64,000 bases of DNA, taken from contig CAZGOI010000002.1 of the NCBI GenBank assembly GCA_964527185.1, positions 31,513-95,512 on the forward strand, in the 5' to 3' direction. The translations under genes and the position numbers were made by a program. The stretch comes from an uncultured Candidatus Saccharibacteria bacterium. Lineage in GTDB: Bacteria; Patescibacteriota; Minisyncoccia; Phycocordibacterales; UBA9973. The notes under the pieces were generated by a model, which saw only the letters and a program-made list of their open reading frames with translations, was not told where the DNA came from and made no database searches. Positions 1-9,868 of the stretch are shown piece after piece (positions within the stretch are counted from its first letter, which is position 1; every line of letters begins with the position of its first letter).

Positions 1-696
1 GCCAAAGCCGAGTTCTTTGTTCAACTCCCTTGAGAATTTAATAATTTCTTCCCTGATAGCATTGCCACGTGGAGTAAAAAGTGGCATGCCGACCCCAACC
101 ATATCGGAAAATGTAAACAGATCAAATTCGCGGCCGAGTTTTCGATGATCGCGTTTTTTTGCTTCCTCTTGTTGGGCGGCATATTTGTCTAGGTCAGCCT
201 TTGTCTCAAATGCCAGACCATAAATACGAGTCAACATTTTATTTTTCTCATCGCCTCGCCAATAAGCGCCGGCGATGCGGTCGAGCCTGAAGGAATCTGG
301 GGCGATATCTCTGCTCGGGTTTTCTGTATGACCACCACGGCACAGATCGGTAAAATCCCCCGAAGTATATAGGGTTATCTCTTCGCCCTTCTTTGCTATT
401 TCATTTATCAATTCCTCTTTGTATTCGTTGCCCTTAAATATTTTCTTCGCTTCTTTTTCGCTGACAACTTGCTTTTCAAAAGAATTCCAAGTTTTTAGTA
501 GTTCGCGCATTTTACCCTCGATTTTTTCAAGGTCTTGATCAGTGACTTTGCCAGCAACGTCGATATCGTAATAGAAGCCATCATCGATAGCCGGGCCAAG
601 AGTTAGTTTCGAATCTGGAAATAGTTCCATGACTGATGCCCCGAGTAGGTGGGCCAAAGAATGCCTGATGTGAGCCAATTTTTCCGTATTTTCCAT
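1..696 (-). CDS. thrS: Threonyl-tRNA synthetase, N-terminal part (runs off window start)
   Basis: Manual translation from ATG at 696: MENTEKLAHIRHSLAHLL...GPAIDDGFYYD...DLCRGGH...AGAYWRGDEKNKMLTRIYG...EEAKKRDHRKLG; editing-domain and ThrRS motifs. Not in ORF track because it is truncated. Confidence 0.96.
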   Translation of the reverse strand, partial: MENTEKLAHIRHSLAHLLGASVMELFPDSKLTLGPAIDDGFYYDIDVAGKVTDQDLEKIEGKMRELLKTWNSFEKQVVSEKEAKKIFKGNEYKEELINEIAKKGEEITLYTSGDFTDLCRGGHTENPSRDIAPDSFRLDRIAGAYWRGDEKNKMLTRIYGLAFETKADLDKYAAQQEEAKKRDHRKLGREFDLFTFSDMVGVGMPLFTPRGNAIREEIIKFSRELNKELGFG

Positions 697-763
697 GAAC
701 CAATAATAACATAAAAACCTTTATATTTGCATTTTCTTTAAAAATCGCTATACTAATCCTTGT

Positions 764-982
764 ATGGTAATACGAATGCGACATACACGTTCCCACACTG
801 GGAATCGAAGATCACACCACGCTCTGAAGGCAAAAGTCTTTGGGGTCTGTTCTAATTGCAAGCGCCCGACCGAGACGCATGTGGTCTGCAAGCATTGTGG
901 TTTCTACCGCGGCCGTAAGGTTATCGACGTGGTCAAGCGGGTAGAAAAGAAACAAGCCAAAGCGAAAGCAAAAAGCAAATAG
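764..982 (+). CDS. rpmF: 50S ribosomal protein L32 (Zn-ribbon type)
   Basis: RRSHHAL...CSNC...HVVCKHCGFYRGRKV. Confidence 0.93.
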   Translation: MVIRMRHTRSHTGNRRSHHALKAKVFGVCSNCKRPTETHVVCKHCGFYRGRKVIDVVKRVEKKQAKAKAKSK

Positions 983-1043
983 TATAAGGGCGTTTGATTA
1001 CTAATAAATAGTAACCAGCCGCGCTTAAGCTATACTAAAGTAT

Positions 1044-1955
1044 ATGGCAAACCGGCACCTTTCACGTTCAATAGTTCTCCAGACACTCTTCGAGTGGGAT
1101 TTTGGAGCAGAAAAAGAACTAACCCCCGAGCAAATGCTTGCTCGCAATATTGAAGAATTTGGTCCAGGACTCAACGATGGAGCCTTTATGACCAGTCTTT
1201 TCTCGGGAGTCATCAAGAAAAAAGCAATAATAAATGAAATCATAGAAAAAGCTGCGCCAGATTGGCCTATCGAAAAAATCTCTGTAGTCGATCGCAATAT
1301 TTTGCGCATCGGCCTCTACGAACTTCTTTTTGGCGACCGCAAAGAAGTCCCGCCAAAAGTTGCCATCAATGAAGCCATCGAACTCGCCAAAAGTTTTGGC
1401 GGCGAGAATTCGAGCAAATTCATCAACGGCGTCTTGGGTGGTGTCTATAAAGAAATAGGCGAGCCCGGCAAAGACGACGTTAGTAAAAAGAAAAAAAAGA
1501 AACCGATAGTTTTTGAAACCGACCCAGCCAAATTTCCGATCGAGAAAAAAGCCGGCGCTGTTATATATTCTAAACATGATGGGAAAATCTATTTTGGTTT
1601 CGTGCACGATGTCTTTGGCTACTGGACTCTTTCAAAAGGCGGTATCGAAGATGGGGAAGATATAGAAACTGGGGCAGTGAGAGAAATAAAAAAAGAACTA
1701 GGAATTGATGTAAAAATTATAGAAATGTTAGGACGAAATGAATATATTGCTACCCACCCAGAAAAAGGCAAAATTAAAAAGCAAGTAACTTTCTTTCTTG
1801 CAGAAGCTTCATACGGAGAGTTAACTTTACACAATAAATCTGGCGGTCTCGACGATGCCAAATGGTTTCCGCTCGATGAAATTACCAACTTAAAAATGTA
1901 CGAAAATATGATACCACTTCTATCAAAAGCGGTTCAAATAGTCACAAAAAAATAA
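1044..1955 (+). CDS. nusB: Transcription antitermination factor NusB fused to a C-terminal Nudix-fold domain
   Basis: N-half RHLSR..., DRNILRIGLYEL, PPKVAINEAIELAKSFG, FINGVLG; C-half WTLSKGGIEDGEDIETGAVREIKKELGI Nudix-box-like. Confidence 0.92.
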   Translation: MANRHLSRSIVLQTLFEWDFGAEKELTPEQMLARNIEEFGPGLNDGAFMTSLFSGVIKKKAIINEIIEKAAPDWPIEKISVVDRNILRIGLYELLFGDRKEVPPKVAINEAIELAKSFGGENSSKFINGVLGGVYKEIGEPGKDDVSKKKKKKPIVFETDPAKFPIEKKAGAVIYSKHDGKIYFGFVHDVFGYWTLSKGGIEDGEDIETGAVREIKKELGIDVKIIEMLGRNEYIATHPEKGKIKKQVTFFLAEASYGELTLHNKSGGLDDAKWFPLDEITNLKMYENMIPLLSKAVQIVTKK

Positions 1956-1965
1956 CAATCAACCT

Positions 1966-2661
1966 ATGATCGACCTAAGTGAATTTGAAAAAAAGACAAA
2001 CATAATATTCAAAGATAAAAAACTTCTCGAACAAGCGTTTATTCACCGTTCTTATATAAACGAAAACAACGGTTCGCGTCTGTCCCACAACGAACGCCTA
2101 GAATTTCTTGGCGATGCGGTGCTCGAACTCATAATTACCGATTATTTATTTAAAAAATACCCGAGCCACGATGAAGGCGAGCTGACAGCTTACCGGTCGG
2201 CCCTTGTCAATGCCGTACTCATTAGCGAAGTCGCCCAATCGCTCGGCATGAATGACTACCTGATGCTTTCAAAAGGCGAGGCCAAAGATTCCGGTCGAGC
2301 TCGAAACTATATCTTGGCCAATACCTATGAGGCTTATGTCGGCGCGGTATATCTTGACCAAGGTTACGACAAGGCTCGGGGCTTTATCGCGCAAACACTC
2401 TTTGACAAAATAGACGCCATCGTTGCCAAGAAGCTCTGGCGCGACGCCAAGAGCTTGATTCAAGAGAAAGCCCAAGAACACACTAGCCTCACCCCGTCAT
2501 ACAAAGTCTTGAACGAATCTGGCCCCGACCACGACAAGCATTTTACTATCGGGGTTTATTTTGGCGATGAGCTCATCGCTTCCGGCAAGGGCAAGTCTAA
2601 ACAAGAAGCCGAACAAATGGCGGCCAGAAACGCATTAGAAATTAAAAACTGGATAGATTAA
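1966..2661 (+). CDS. rnc: Ribonuclease III
   Basis: HNERLEFLGDAVL signature; C-terminal dsRBD (GPDHDKHF, GKGKSKQEAEQMAA). Confidence 0.97.
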   Translation: MIDLSEFEKKTNIIFKDKKLLEQAFIHRSYINENNGSRLSHNERLEFLGDAVLELIITDYLFKKYPSHDEGELTAYRSALVNAVLISEVAQSLGMNDYLMLSKGEAKDSGRARNYILANTYEAYVGAVYLDQGYDKARGFIAQTLFDKIDAIVAKKLWRDAKSLIQEKAQEHTSLTPSYKVLNESGPDHDKHFTIGVYFGDELIASGKGKSKQEAEQMAARNALEIKNWID

Positions 2662-2662
2662 G

Positions 2663-4933
2663 ATGACACTTCGCTCAATAGAACTTTCTGGTTTTAAATC
2701 TTTCGGCCGCAAGAGCTTAGTTTCTTTCACAACTCCGATCACGGCTATCGTTGGACCAAACGGTTCAGGCAAGTCAAACATCGTCGAAGCGATTCGCTTT
2801 GTTTTGGGTGAGCAATCTATGAAGTCGCTCCGTGGTAAAGGCGGGGTCGACCTGATATTTAAGGGTTCAAAAACTCTGTCTTCAGCCAACCACGCCAAAG
2901 TTGAAATTACTTTTGATAATACAAAGAAAATTTTTTCATTCTCGTCTGCCGATTGGCGCACCAATCTATCACTATCGCTCGACTATGACGAAGTCACCAT
3001 CGCTCGCGAAGTTTTTTCCGATGGCGCAAATAAATACAGCATCAACAATACAGAAGTTAGATTAAAAGATGTCATCGACCTACTTTCATCTGTCAACATC
3101 GGTAGTTCTGGCCACCACATCATATCCCAGGGCGAGGCCGATCGCGTACTCAACGCTTCAAACAAAGATCGTCGGGCGATGATCGAAGACGCGCTCGGTC
3201 TCAAAATCTACCAATACCGCATTCGCGAAGCCGAGAGGAAGCTCGACAAAACAAATATAAATATGAAAGAAGCCCAAGCTTCACGCCGAGAACTGGCGCC
3301 ACACTTGGCGTTCCTTAAAAAACAAGTTCAAGTTTTAGAAAGGGCTCGCGAAATGAGAGACAGTTTGAAAGATTTGTATAAAGAATATTTGTCTAAAGAA
3401 TCGACCTACGTTTTGTCTGAGACCAATAAATTAAAAGAAAAAAGGCACGAGTTTGAAAAAAAATATAAATCTCTCGATGGAGAAATTTCAAAAATCCAAA
3501 AAGAAAAAAATACGCCAGATACAGGGACTGCCCATGCAAAAGAAATAAAAGAACACGAAGGGGATCTGGTGCTACTTAGATCTTCAAAAGACGAATTGGC
3601 TCGTAAACTCGGACGGATCGAAGGAATATTAGAAACTCTAGAAAAAGAACTCTCTAGCGATGACGCTAAAAATGACGAGGGTTCAATCCCAATTAAGGAA
3701 TGGCAAAGTTTTGTCTATGATTTGAAGGCTCAAATCGACCAAGCAATGAAGCTTGAAACCTTACCTTCGGTCATTGATATACTTGGAAAAATAAAAAAGA
3801 GTCTCGATGCTCTAGAAGGCGGCGCCAAAAACAATGATAAGAAAAATAATTTAGAAAGCGAATACAAAGAAATTAAAAAAACTAAAGACGAGATACAAGA
3901 AGAGTTGGACAAAATCACCAAAGAAGAAGAACTCATATCGCTCAACATTGCGACCCTACGTGCCAGAGAAAAAGAAATGGAGCTTGGTTTGCGCGAGAGC
4001 GAGCGAGCCCTCTATGAACTTATGGGTGAGCGGAGTGAAATCAATTCTGGTATTCAAGCGCTTTCTTTCGAGGAAGAAAAATTGACCATGATCACAAACG
4101 CTCTCGAGGCAGAACTATATGAAGCAAATGTTTTGGTTGGCAGCGAAGTCGTCGATTTCAAAAATATTAAAACAGAAGACGAGATTTCTCGCGCCAGTCA
4201 AGAAGAGCTTAAGAAAAAAATTGAACGCATAAAAATAAAACTCGAAGACACTGGTTCGGGCTCTGGCGCCGACCTGATGAAAGAATACCAGGAGACCGAA
4301 AACCGAGACCAATTCCTAGCGCGCGAGATTACAGATCTAAACAAGGGCGTCGAGGATTGCCGGCTACTTATACGTGAATTAAAAGAAACTCTAGACAATG
4401 AATTCAAAGACGGAGTCGAAAAGATAAATAAACAATTCCAAGAATTTTTTGCTTTGATGTTCGGTGGCGGTTCGGCATTTTTGTCTGTCGTTATCGAGCA
4501 CAAGAAATCAAAATCGCCGAGTGAAGATGAAGAGTTTGAAGTCGAAGAAGAATCCTTAGACGGTGAGGAAGGTTTTGAACGGGGGATCGAGATCAATGTC
4601 ACCCTGCCCCACAAGAAAGTCAAAGACCTGCACATGCTCTCTGGCGGCGAACGGTCGCTCGCCTCGATCGCGCTTTTGTTTGCAATCTCCCAAGTCAACC
4701 CACCGCCATTTTTGGTGCTCGATGAAACCGACGCCGCGCTCGATGAAGCCAATTCACGCAAATATGGCAATATGCTCGAGAGCCTTTCAAAATATTCAGA
4801 ACTGATCGTCGTCACCCACAATCGCGAGACGATGTCGCGGGCCCAAGTGCTCTATGGCGTCACGATGGATTCTTCTGGTGTTTCAAAATTGCTGTCGATC
4901 CATCTCGAAGAAGCAAACACCTATGCAAAATAG
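2663..4933 (+). CDS. smc: SMC-family ATPase, short (756 aa), no recognisable hinge
   Basis: GFKSF, Walker A GPNGSGKSN, Q-loop IISQG, LSGGE, Walker B/D-loop VLDETDAALDEAN, VTHN; follows rnc. Confidence 0.88.
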   Translation: MTLRSIELSGFKSFGRKSLVSFTTPITAIVGPNGSGKSNIVEAIRFVLGEQSMKSLRGKGGVDLIFKGSKTLSSANHAKVEITFDNTKKIFSFSSADWRTNLSLSLDYDEVTIAREVFSDGANKYSINNTEVRLKDVIDLLSSVNIGSSGHHIISQGEADRVLNASNKDRRAMIEDALGLKIYQYRIREAERKLDKTNINMKEAQASRRELAPHLAFLKKQVQVLERAREMRDSLKDLYKEYLSKESTYVLSETNKLKEKRHEFEKKYKSLDGEISKIQKEKNTPDTGTAHAKEIKEHEGDLVLLRSSKDELARKLGRIEGILETLEKELSSDDAKNDEGSIPIKEWQSFVYDLKAQIDQAMKLETLPSVIDILGKIKKSLDALEGGAKNNDKKNNLESEYKEIKKTKDEIQEELDKITKEEELISLNIATLRAREKEMELGLRESERALYELMGERSEINSGIQALSFEEEKLTMITNALEAELYEANVLVGSEVVDFKNIKTEDEISRASQEELKKKIERIKIKLEDTGSGSGADLMKEYQETENRDQFLAREITDLNKGVEDCRLLIRELKETLDNEFKDGVEKINKQFQEFFALMFGGGSAFLSVVIEHKKSKSPSEDEEFEVEEESLDGEEGFERGIEINVTLPHKKVKDLHMLSGGERSLASIALLFAISQVNPPPFLVLDETDAALDEANSRKYGNMLESLSKYSELIVVTHNRETMSRAQVLYGVTMDSSGVSKLLSIHLEEANTYAK

Positions 4934-4941
4934 ATTTTTAC

Positions 4942-5634
4942 CTAGTTTTTAATTTGATTGGGGTCTACAAATGAATAACCTTTTCCTTCAAGGTCAGTCA
5001 GTAGGTCGTCTAGGTATTTGACGGTCCACGGGTGTTCGTGGATGAGCAAGATCTCGCCACTATGCAGTCCCTTGTCTACATTGCTCAAGAAAATTTTTTC
5101 ATCTTTCGTGTTTGTTTCCCAGTCTTTGGCTGCCCCAGACCAATTCATAGATATCATACCTTCTTTTTTAACTAAACTCCTGACAAATTTTGTCGACATT
5201 CCATAAGGTGGACGAAAAAATTTCGAGTTCGAGCCAGTTTCCTTTTTTATCAATTCATTGTTGCTATCTATTTCGCCTATTACAGCATTTGCGTCTTTAA
5301 TTTTTTGCAAATTTTTATGATCCCAGGTATGGTTGCCGATTACAAATCCAGCGTCGTATAGCATTTTGATATTTCCTTGGTTGTCTTTATCGTGAATGCC
5401 ATTGATAAAAAATATTGCTTTGGTATTGTGTTTGTTTAAAATTTGCACGACATCATTATCGGCTTTGTTTGGGCCGTCGTCGATCGTTATCAGGATAAAT
5501 TTTCCGTTTGTCGTTTTGTCGTTTGGTACTAGGTCGAAATTTTTATTGACATGGAAAGTGCTCGCGGCGTATGTTTTTGCCCCGAACCCAAGCACCAACA
5601 CTAAAAATAAAATTTTCTTTGTATAGTTTTTCAT
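4942..5634 (-). CDS. Secreted polysaccharide/peptidoglycan deacetylase (CE4/NodB family)
   Basis: Signal peptide; TIDDGP, GNHTWDH, FRPPYG, LLIHE motifs. Confidence 0.92.
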   Translation of the reverse strand: MKNYTKKILFLVLVLGFGAKTYAASTFHVNKNFDLVPNDKTTNGKFILITIDDGPNKADNDVVQILNKHNTKAIFFINGIHDKDNQGNIKMLYDAGFVIGNHTWDHKNLQKIKDANAVIGEIDSNNELIKKETGSNSKFFRPPYGMSTKFVRSLVKKEGMISMNWSGAAKDWETNTKDEKIFLSNVDKGLHSGEILLIHEHPWTVKYLDDLLTDLEGKGYSFVDPNQIKN

Positions 5635-5635
5635 A

Positions 5636-7600
5636 TTAAACCAATTGGTAATCTATCGTTTTCTTGTTCCTGTCGACGCCCTTGACCACGAATTTAACCT
5701 TGTCTCCCAGGGTGTACTTTCGGTGAGTTTTGCGACCGCGAATGCTCATGTATTTTTTTTCAAATTCATAGTAATCGTCTTTCAAGTCTCGCATTCTCAC
5801 CATGCCCTCGCATTTAGTATTCTCTTCTTCTATATATAGACCCCACTCGGTTACACCAGTAATGATACCACCAAATGTCTTGCCGACCCGACTCGACATG
5901 TATTCAACCTGTTTATATTTTATAGACTCTCGTTCGGCTTCGGCCGCTTCTTTTTCTCGCTGCGATGCTTCGCTACTCATTTCTTCATATTCATACCAAC
6001 GCTCCCTCGGCATTGTTTTTTTCTTTAGATACATAAAAAGCAATCTATGGACGATGATATCTGGATACCGACGAATTGGGGAAGTGAAGTGGGTGTAGAA
6101 TTTGAAACCGAGTCCATAGTGCCCGATGTTTTTTGTCGAATAAATCGCCTTGGCCATCGTCCTGATGATGATGCTGTGGACTGTATCTCGGAGTGGGTTG
6201 TGTTCGAGTTTGCCGATGAGAGCATTTATTTCCTCGGGCGGAATAATTCCATCCTTCAGTCGCATTTGGTAGCCCAAGCGCCGCAGGAATGTCACCAGAT
6301 CTTTCATTTTTTCTTTATCTGGCAGGTCGTGGATGCGATAAAGAAATACTCCTTGCGCTCCTTTTTTAGGCGACATATATTCAGCCACCCGTCTATTGGC
6401 CAAAAGCATGAATTCCTCAATCAATTTGTTGGTGTCGCTTCTTTCTTTGGTGAAGACTTCAAGCGGGACACCATTTTTATCGAGTTTGAATTTAACTTCT
6501 TCTTGCTCAAGTATTATTGCGCCTTCGCTAAATCTTTTCTTGCCCAATTTTTTTGCAATATTGTTTAAGGTTGAAAGTTCGGTATACATTGGTCCACGTC
6601 CCACGTCGATGATTTTTTGGGCGTTCTCGTAGGTAAATCTTTTATCTGAATGTATGACCGTCTTGCCAAACCACTCACTCCTGATGTGGCCATGAGCATC
6701 CATTTCAAATACTACCGAGAATGTCAATCGATCGACGTCTGGGTTTAGACTGCACAAATCGTTTGAAAGTTCTTCTGGTAGCATTGGTATTGTGCGGTCA
6801 ACAAGGTAGACCGATGTTCCGCGGACTCGAGCTTCATCGTCGAGAGCTGTGCCGGGCTGCACATAGTGCGAGACATCGGCGATGTGAATGCCGATTTCAA
6901 AATGACCACCATTTAATTTTCTAAACGATATAGCATCGTCGAAATCTTTGGCGTCTTCGGGGTCGATCGTAAATGTCGTAACCTTGCGCATGTCGCGACG
7001 ACTATGAAAATCAGCCTCCTTTATTCCTTGCTTGGCGATGGCCTTAGCTTCCTTCAAAACATCTGCTGGAAACGTCGAATCAAAACCTTTTTCAAGCGCA
7101 ATCGCCTGCATTTCTGCATCGTGCTCCATCGGCAGGCCGAGTATTTTTGAAACTTCACCGACCGGCGCTTTCTTGGCGTCGTGCCAGTCTGTTATCTTGA
7201 CGAAAACTTTCTGCCCGATTTTTGCTCCGCCGAGTTTTTCTTTTGGTATGACGATGTCGGCGTACATCTTTAGATCGCTCGGGGCCAAGAAATACGTGCC
7301 GTGCTCTTCTTCGATCGTGCCAGCAAAACCTTTCTTAGACCTCCGTAAAATTTCTAGAACCTCGCCAGTCTGTTCGCCACCTCTTTTTGCCGGGTGCAAT
7401 ACGACCCTTACCATATCGCCATTTGTACCTGTGCGCAGAAAGTTGTGATCGATCTCGATTATTTCATTGGTGTGGCGAATTCGCACAGAACCAGAACCTT
7501 GGTGGTTTATGTGCAAAATGCCTTCGACCATTCTAGTCGAATGCTTTATTTGATCACTTTTCTTTTTCTTGAAATCCCTTCTACTTTTAACTTTTTTCAC
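5636..7600 (-). CDS. rnr: Ribonuclease R (RNB family)
   Basis: TIDPEDAKDFDDA, LIEEFMLLAN, YTHFTSPIRRYPD, C-terminal S1. Confidence 0.95.
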   Translation of the reverse strand: MKKVKSRRDFKKKKSDQIKHSTRMVEGILHINHQGSGSVRIRHTNEIIEIDHNFLRTGTNGDMVRVVLHPAKRGGEQTGEVLEILRRSKKGFAGTIEEEHGTYFLAPSDLKMYADIVIPKEKLGGAKIGQKVFVKITDWHDAKKAPVGEVSKILGLPMEHDAEMQAIALEKGFDSTFPADVLKEAKAIAKQGIKEADFHSRRDMRKVTTFTIDPEDAKDFDDAISFRKLNGGHFEIGIHIADVSHYVQPGTALDDEARVRGTSVYLVDRTIPMLPEELSNDLCSLNPDVDRLTFSVVFEMDAHGHIRSEWFGKTVIHSDKRFTYENAQKIIDVGRGPMYTELSTLNNIAKKLGKKRFSEGAIILEQEEVKFKLDKNGVPLEVFTKERSDTNKLIEEFMLLANRRVAEYMSPKKGAQGVFLYRIHDLPDKEKMKDLVTFLRRLGYQMRLKDGIIPPEEINALIGKLEHNPLRDTVHSIIIRTMAKAIYSTKNIGHYGLGFKFYTHFTSPIRRYPDIIVHRLLFMYLKKKTMPRERWYEYEEMSSEASQREKEAAEAERESIKYKQVEYMSSRVGKTFGGIITGVTEWGLYIEEENTKCEGMVRMRDLKDDYYEFEKKYMSIRGRKTHRKYTLGDKVKFVVKGVDRNKKTIDYQLV

Positions 7601-7667
7601 AAGTAGAGTATAACACAGCCAAAACCGCAGGCTTGATATGAAAAAATCTTTATGCTAGCATAGCCTT

Positions 7668-7973
7668 ATGCTAAAAATACGATTACAGAGAATAGGTCGC
7701 AAAAATGATGCCTCTTTCCGTCTGGTTTTGACCGATTCAAAGAATTCAACCAAGAGCGGCCGATTTAAAGAAATTCTCGGTTCATACAATATAAAGAGCG
7801 GGGAAGCAGCTTTCAAAGCTGACCGCATTTCCTATTGGATGGGTCATGGCGCCAAAGCGACCGGGACTGTCCACAATTTTCTAGTCAGCAAGAAGATCAT
7901 TGATAGTAAGAAGAAAAATGTTCTGTCTCGTAAATCTCCAACCAAGGCTCGTAAAGAGCTCAAAAAAGCATAG
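7668..7973 (+). CDS. rpsP: 30S ribosomal protein S16
   Basis: MLKIRLQRIGRKN...GRFKEILGSYN. Confidence 0.96.
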   Translation: MLKIRLQRIGRKNDASFRLVLTDSKNSTKSGRFKEILGSYNIKSGEAAFKADRISYWMGHGAKATGTVHNFLVSKKIIDSKKKNVLSRKSPTKARKELKKA

Positions 7974-8073
7974 TAATTGCGGTTTGCAATATTGCTGTGA
8001 TATAATCTACCTAGGCAGGTTGTAGTCGATACACTGCAGAAGTTTAAGAATAATTGAAAAGAAAATATTAGAT

Positions 8074-8403
8074 ATGGCAGACGATAAAGCATTTCTAGAA
8101 TACATTGTTAAAGCACTGGTTGACCATCCAGAAGATGTAAAGATCGATCGCACAGTCGACGAAATGGGTGTCCTCATCACTATGACAGTCAACGGCGCAG
8201 ACATGGGCAAGATTATCGGTCGGCAGGGCAACACCGCCAAAGCGATCCGCACCCTTCTTCGAGTCATCGGTATGAAGAACAACGCTCGTGTAAATCTAAA
8301 AATAAATGAACCAGAAGGTAGCACCAGACCACAAGCAACACCAAACTCGGGCGAAGCTTCACGATCAGTCGACGCCGCCCTCGAAGACCTAAAAGGAATT
8401 TAA
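8074..8403 (+). CDS. khpA: KH-domain RNA-binding protein (KhpA/YlqC)
   Basis: LVDHPEDV, DMGKIIGRQGNTAKAIRTLL; sits between rpsP and trmD. Confidence 0.9.
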   Translation: MADDKAFLEYIVKALVDHPEDVKIDRTVDEMGVLITMTVNGADMGKIIGRQGNTAKAIRTLLRVIGMKNNARVNLKINEPEGSTRPQATPNSGEASRSVDAALEDLKGI

Positions 8404-8408
8404 ATAAA

Positions 8409-8440
8409 AATCAAAAAACCGCCAAGGCGGTTTTTTGATT
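8409..8440. terminator. Intrinsic terminator, probably bidirectional
   Basis: AATCAAAAAACCGC-CAAG-GCGGTTTTTTGATT. Confidence 0.75.
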
Positions 8441-8472
8441 GCACGAGCAGTGGTTTGTGCTATATTAACTTT

Positions 8473-9234
8473 ATGAATTTCCACATTGTCACCCTTTTCC
8501 CCCAGATGTTTAACTCTTATTTAAAAGAGTCGATTTTGGGGCGAGCGATTAAAGAAAAAAAGATAAAAGTTTCTTTCACTAACCCTCGAAAATTTGTTTC
8601 TGGCAAATACAGAAAAGTTTGGCCAGATGGCAACAAATCGCTGCAGATAGACGAACGGCCATATGGCGGCGGGCCGGGAATGGTCATGATGGCCGAGCCC
8701 GTAGTGAAAGCAGTAGAATCTATACAAGCTTCAGTTTTGAAAAAATTTTCTAAGTCCTCGGATCTCCTCGCAAAAAAAATGTCCAAAGGACGGGGAAGCT
8801 CGGCCAGACTTAAAAAATCTTTTCAAAATCTCCGCCCAGAAATCTTAACAATAAATTTTATTCCGACTGCCGAAAAGTTTACAACCAAATCGGCAAAAAA
8901 TATTTCTAAAAAATACACCGACGTCATCATGATCTGCGGTCGTTACGAGGGTATCGATGCTCGCGTCGATAAAATTCTTAAAACAAAAAAATATTCGATA
9001 GGCGACTATGTGCTGACCGGTGGCGAAATACCAGCGATGGTTCTCGTCGATTCTATCTCTCGCCAAATCGAAGGCGTCCTCGGCAATTTTGATTCTCTTG
9101 AAGAAGAGCGTACATCATCAAGCGAGATTTACACCCGCCCAGAAGTCATAAAATATAAAGGTAAAAACCACAAAGTCCCCAAGGTTCTGCTTTCCGGCAA
9201 TCATAAAAAAATAAACGAATGGAAAAATAAATAA
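8473..9234 (+). CDS. trmD: tRNA (guanine-N1)-methyltransferase with in-frame insertions
   Basis: TLFP, RPYGGGPGMVM, CGRYEGIDARV, SIGDYVLTGGE, YTRP, VPKVLLSGNH; ATG at 8473 preferred over TTG at 8455. Confidence 0.95.
   Translation: MNFHIVTLFPQMFNSYLKESILGRAIKEKKIKVSFTNPRKFVSGKYRKVWPDGNKSLQIDERPYGGGPGMVMMAEPVVKAVESIQASVLKKFSKSSDLLAKKMSKGRGSSARLKKSFQNLRPEILTINFIPTAEKFTTKSAKNISKKYTDVIMICGRYEGIDARVDKILKTKKYSIGDYVLTGGEIPAMVLVDSISRQIEGVLGNFDSLEEERTSSSEIYTRPEVIKYKGKNHKVPKVLLSGNHKKINEWKNK
8735..8828 (+). repeat. Intragenic palindromic element (trmD copy)
   Basis: TTTTGAAAAAATTTTCTAAGTC...GACTTAAAAAATCTTTTCAAAA inverted arms; core GTCCTCGGATCTCC...GGGGAAGC..GGCCAGAC. Confidence 0.85.
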
Positions 9235-9282
9235 AAAAAGTCACTATTTTTAGTAGTGACTTAATTTTTAACTTTCTATCAA

Positions 9283-9849
9283 TCATTGTTTAAAACATTC
9301 ACACCTCTCTTTGATGAAGATTTCTGTTTTCTTGCACAACTCAAGGAATGACAAGCCGGCGAGTTTAACACCGATTTCCCAATCGGCTCCGATTTCGCGG
9401 AATTGGTACTTTGCATCTTTCCATTTTATTGTACAGTTCGTCAGTGAAAATCTCCTGAAAAGTTTAGAGCTACGGCTCTCTTCGACGAATTCAATATTCA
9501 TAGAAGATATATCATTCATCAGGATGATAGTGCCAAAGCTTTGAAATGTGGACCCCTCGCCTCTGTTTGATGGGCCAAGATTGGCATGACCCGAGATTAC
9601 GAATTGGTCCAGCACTTCATGCACATTTTTTACTTTAGGTTGGTAGGTGCTAAATGCAGAAATGTCTTTGAAGTTTTCTTCAATGAAAGTTTTCCCTGAA
9701 AACATCAAGGTTATTGACGTATTAGGGAAGGCGATACCTTTCTGAAGAAAGGCAACTTGGCTTTGGAAAAAAGCCAGAATTTCATTCTTTTCCATAATAA
9801 TTTGGTTTTTATTTCTTAAGAGTATAACATATTTATAATTAGTTGTCAA
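9283..9849 (-). CDS. Hypothetical protein (likely start at MEKNE, ~9795)
   Basis: 188-aa ORF, convergent terminator after trmD, no motif recognised. Confidence 0.6.
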   Translation of the reverse strand: MTTNYKYVILLRNKNQIIMEKNEILAFFQSQVAFLQKGIAFPNTSITLMFSGKTFIEENFKDISAFSTYQPKVKNVHEVLDQFVISGHANLGPSNRGEGSTFQSFGTIILMNDISSMNIEFVEESRSSKLFRRFSLTNCTIKWKDAKYQFREIGADWEIGVKLAGLSFLELCKKTEIFIKERCECFKQ

Positions 9850-9868
9850 TTCATATACAGATCAACTA

